Of a stretch of 64,000 nt of DNA, positions 62,207-64,000 are shown piece after piece. The stretch is from Pseudogymnoascus verrucosus (Eukaryota). The translations under genes were made by a program, and so were the position numbers. The DNA lies in the NCBI GenBank assembly GCA_001662655.1, contig KV460229.1; one strand, given 5' to 3'. Within the stretch, counting starts at the first letter, position 1, and each line of letters opens with the position of its first letter. The notes below the pieces were generated by a model, which did not search any database, was not told the DNA's origin, and saw only the letters and a list, made by a program, of their open reading frames with translations.

Positions 62207-63380
62207 ATGGGAAGCATTCTTCCTTTGTACTAGATAGGCGTTGATGTTGGCGGAACAAACATAGACGCTGTCATTCTCGACCCTAACGGTGCGCTTTAGG
62301 AAAACCGAGGAGTTGTTGCATTCCACAAGACCTCGACAACTAGCCCTAATGTTACAAACGGCATTAAGTTGGCCGTAAGAGCTGTGATTGAGCAATTAGG
62401 GATTAGCTTAGGAGAAATATCTTCTATCTGCATTGGAACAACGCATTTCATTAACGCTGTCGTTAAGCATGATGCGAAACAGCTATCTAAGGTCGCTGTC
62501 ATTTGCCTTTTGAAAAGCTACACGCGCGATATACCACCTTTCTCTAACTTCCTGCCTGCCCTAGCTAAGCTTATGAACGGTTACTATGGATATGTGAATG
62601 GTGGCCTCTATATTGATGGCTCTTAAGAAAGTCTAGTACTTAAAGACTAGGTGATCTAGTAGTGTAATATCATTAAAGAAAAGGGACTTAACACGATCGT
62701 CATCTACGGGGTGTTTTCCCCAATCGATACACACTTTCGTTAGGAACACCAAGTTCGGAAGATAGTGCTTTAGCAACTGCCTAGTGCAGATGTGGTTTGC
62801 TCGTCTAAAGTTGCAAACATAGGGTTCTTAGAGCGAGAAAATGCGTCTATCCTCAACGCATCCATCTTGAAATTTGCGCGAAGAACGATTATAGGCTTTA
62901 AAGCGGCTATGTAGAGGCTTCAACTAGAGTGCCCTCTATATCTAACACAAAACGATGGGACACTAATTGATGCTGCAGCCGCTACTAGGCTCCCTATTCG
63001 GACTTTCTCCTTAGGGGCTACTAATTCGACGAGAGGTGCGGCTTACCTAGGATTATCTTCTTCTTAGGGTACGCAAAACACATCTACAATAGTCATTGAC
63101 ATTAGCGGGACAACTAGTGACGTTGGAGTTCTGTTACCTTCTAGTTACCTAAGATAGGCATCGGCATTCGTCACTGTTGTAGGAATTAGAATCAACTATA
63201 ACATGCCTCATGTCGAATCAATCGGTTTAGGTGGTGGCTCGATTATTAAAGTTAACGAACATGGTGATGTTACCGTTAGACCCACATTAGTTAGGTATTA
63301 ATTAACTACAAAGGCGAAGATATTCCACGGCGATGTTCTTACTGCTATAGACATCGCTGTAGCCCATGACCTAGGTACCT
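62207..63380 (+). pseudogene. Hydantoinase/oxoprolinase family gene, RIP-damaged and apparently 3'-truncated
   Basis: GVDVGGTNIDAV, IGTTHFINAVV, LERENASILNA, QNDGTL, IDISGTTSDVG and ESIGLGGGS, with stops and a frameshift. Confidence 0.8.
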
Positions 63381-64000
63381 TGCAAGAGCTGTGTACGGTC
63401 GAACTGTGTGGATCATTGTCGCAAGCATCCTGCCCCTGTCAGAAGGAATGGGGCGCCTAGGCTCACTGCACGAAGAGCAGCTGCCATGTACCGCTCTAGC
63501 AGTGCGCAGTCACCTCAATGTTAGGATTAGGATCAGAATTAGGATCAGGGCCAAACTTAGAGCCAAAATCAGGACGAGAATATAGACTAGCGCATCGCTC
63601 GGAACTAAACTCTTCCATCTCTAACTTCTAGCTACTAAGAAAATTCCTTGGACGCTGCAAGAAGCAGCGCCTCAAGTAGCTATGGCTAGCAACCTGTCGA
63701 TGCTAGATATCAGAATACCTCTTTACCTAGAACTACGCTTAATTAGACCTTACAGTATCCCGTTGAGAGAGTTAGCACTGTCTATATGACTAACATCTAC
63801 GATTTGCTAAAGGGTTAAAACCCCCCTTCTCATTTTCGCTCAAGTACTAGAGCAAGCATCCCGTTCGATCACCTTTCATTTCGGCCTATCTAACATTGCT
63901 GCTGGGTGTTTTAGATTCTATAAGTCGTGGAATATCGGATGAAGATGACTAAGAATCGATCTGGAAACGCCATCTTTGTAGTTTCCTACCTATATAGAGC

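Larger units (their letters stand above)
28889..64000 (+). mobile_element. Putative degenerate Starship (giant tyrosine-recombinase element); left boundary in 5S rDNA, right end beyond the window
   Basis: Split 5S gene, abrupt onset of RIP, inward-pointing DUF3435 gene and cargo-type genes. The right boundary is not visible. Confidence 0.62.

Noticed and set aside
63391..63585. ORF with RIRIRIR repeat
   Set aside because: Low-complexity hexamer repeat in RIP-damaged sequence with no supporting homology.

Overview
This is filamentous-ascomycete (Pezizomycotina-type) genomic DNA, with GT-AG introns carrying CTRAC branch points and a strong RIP signature. The species cannot be established from the sequence alone. 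Left part (1-28.8 kb) is gene-rich and intact apart from one RIP-mutated hAT transposon (perfect 8-bp TSD). It holds a P450/SDR/P450-reductase trio, a secreted expansin-like protein, a nested MITE, a 10-Cys small secreted protein, a long-chain alcohol oxidase, an orphan receiver-domain gene, a bacterial-type VOC protein, a second P450, two MFS transporters and the 5' part of a TauD dioxygenase gene. At ~28,889 the sequence changes abruptly: a 5S rRNA gene inside TauD intron 2 breaks off after ~60 nt, and most of what follows is AT-rich and RIP-damaged. That right part contains a RIP-inactivated DUF3435 tyrosine recombinase (Starship 'captain', 36,006-38,541) and a second, full-length 5S gene right behind it. 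It also contains nested TEs (a gag-only, probably self-priming LTR element, three pogo/Fot1 elements, a Ginger2-type integrase transposon) and a long run of RIP-damaged cargo-type genes (NLR-like ankyrin, MFS, transcription factor, FAD monooxygenase, hydantoinase). Best overall reading (inference): the left end of a degenerate giant Starship element that inserted into an intron-borne 5S rDNA, split the TauD gene, and extends beyond the window.
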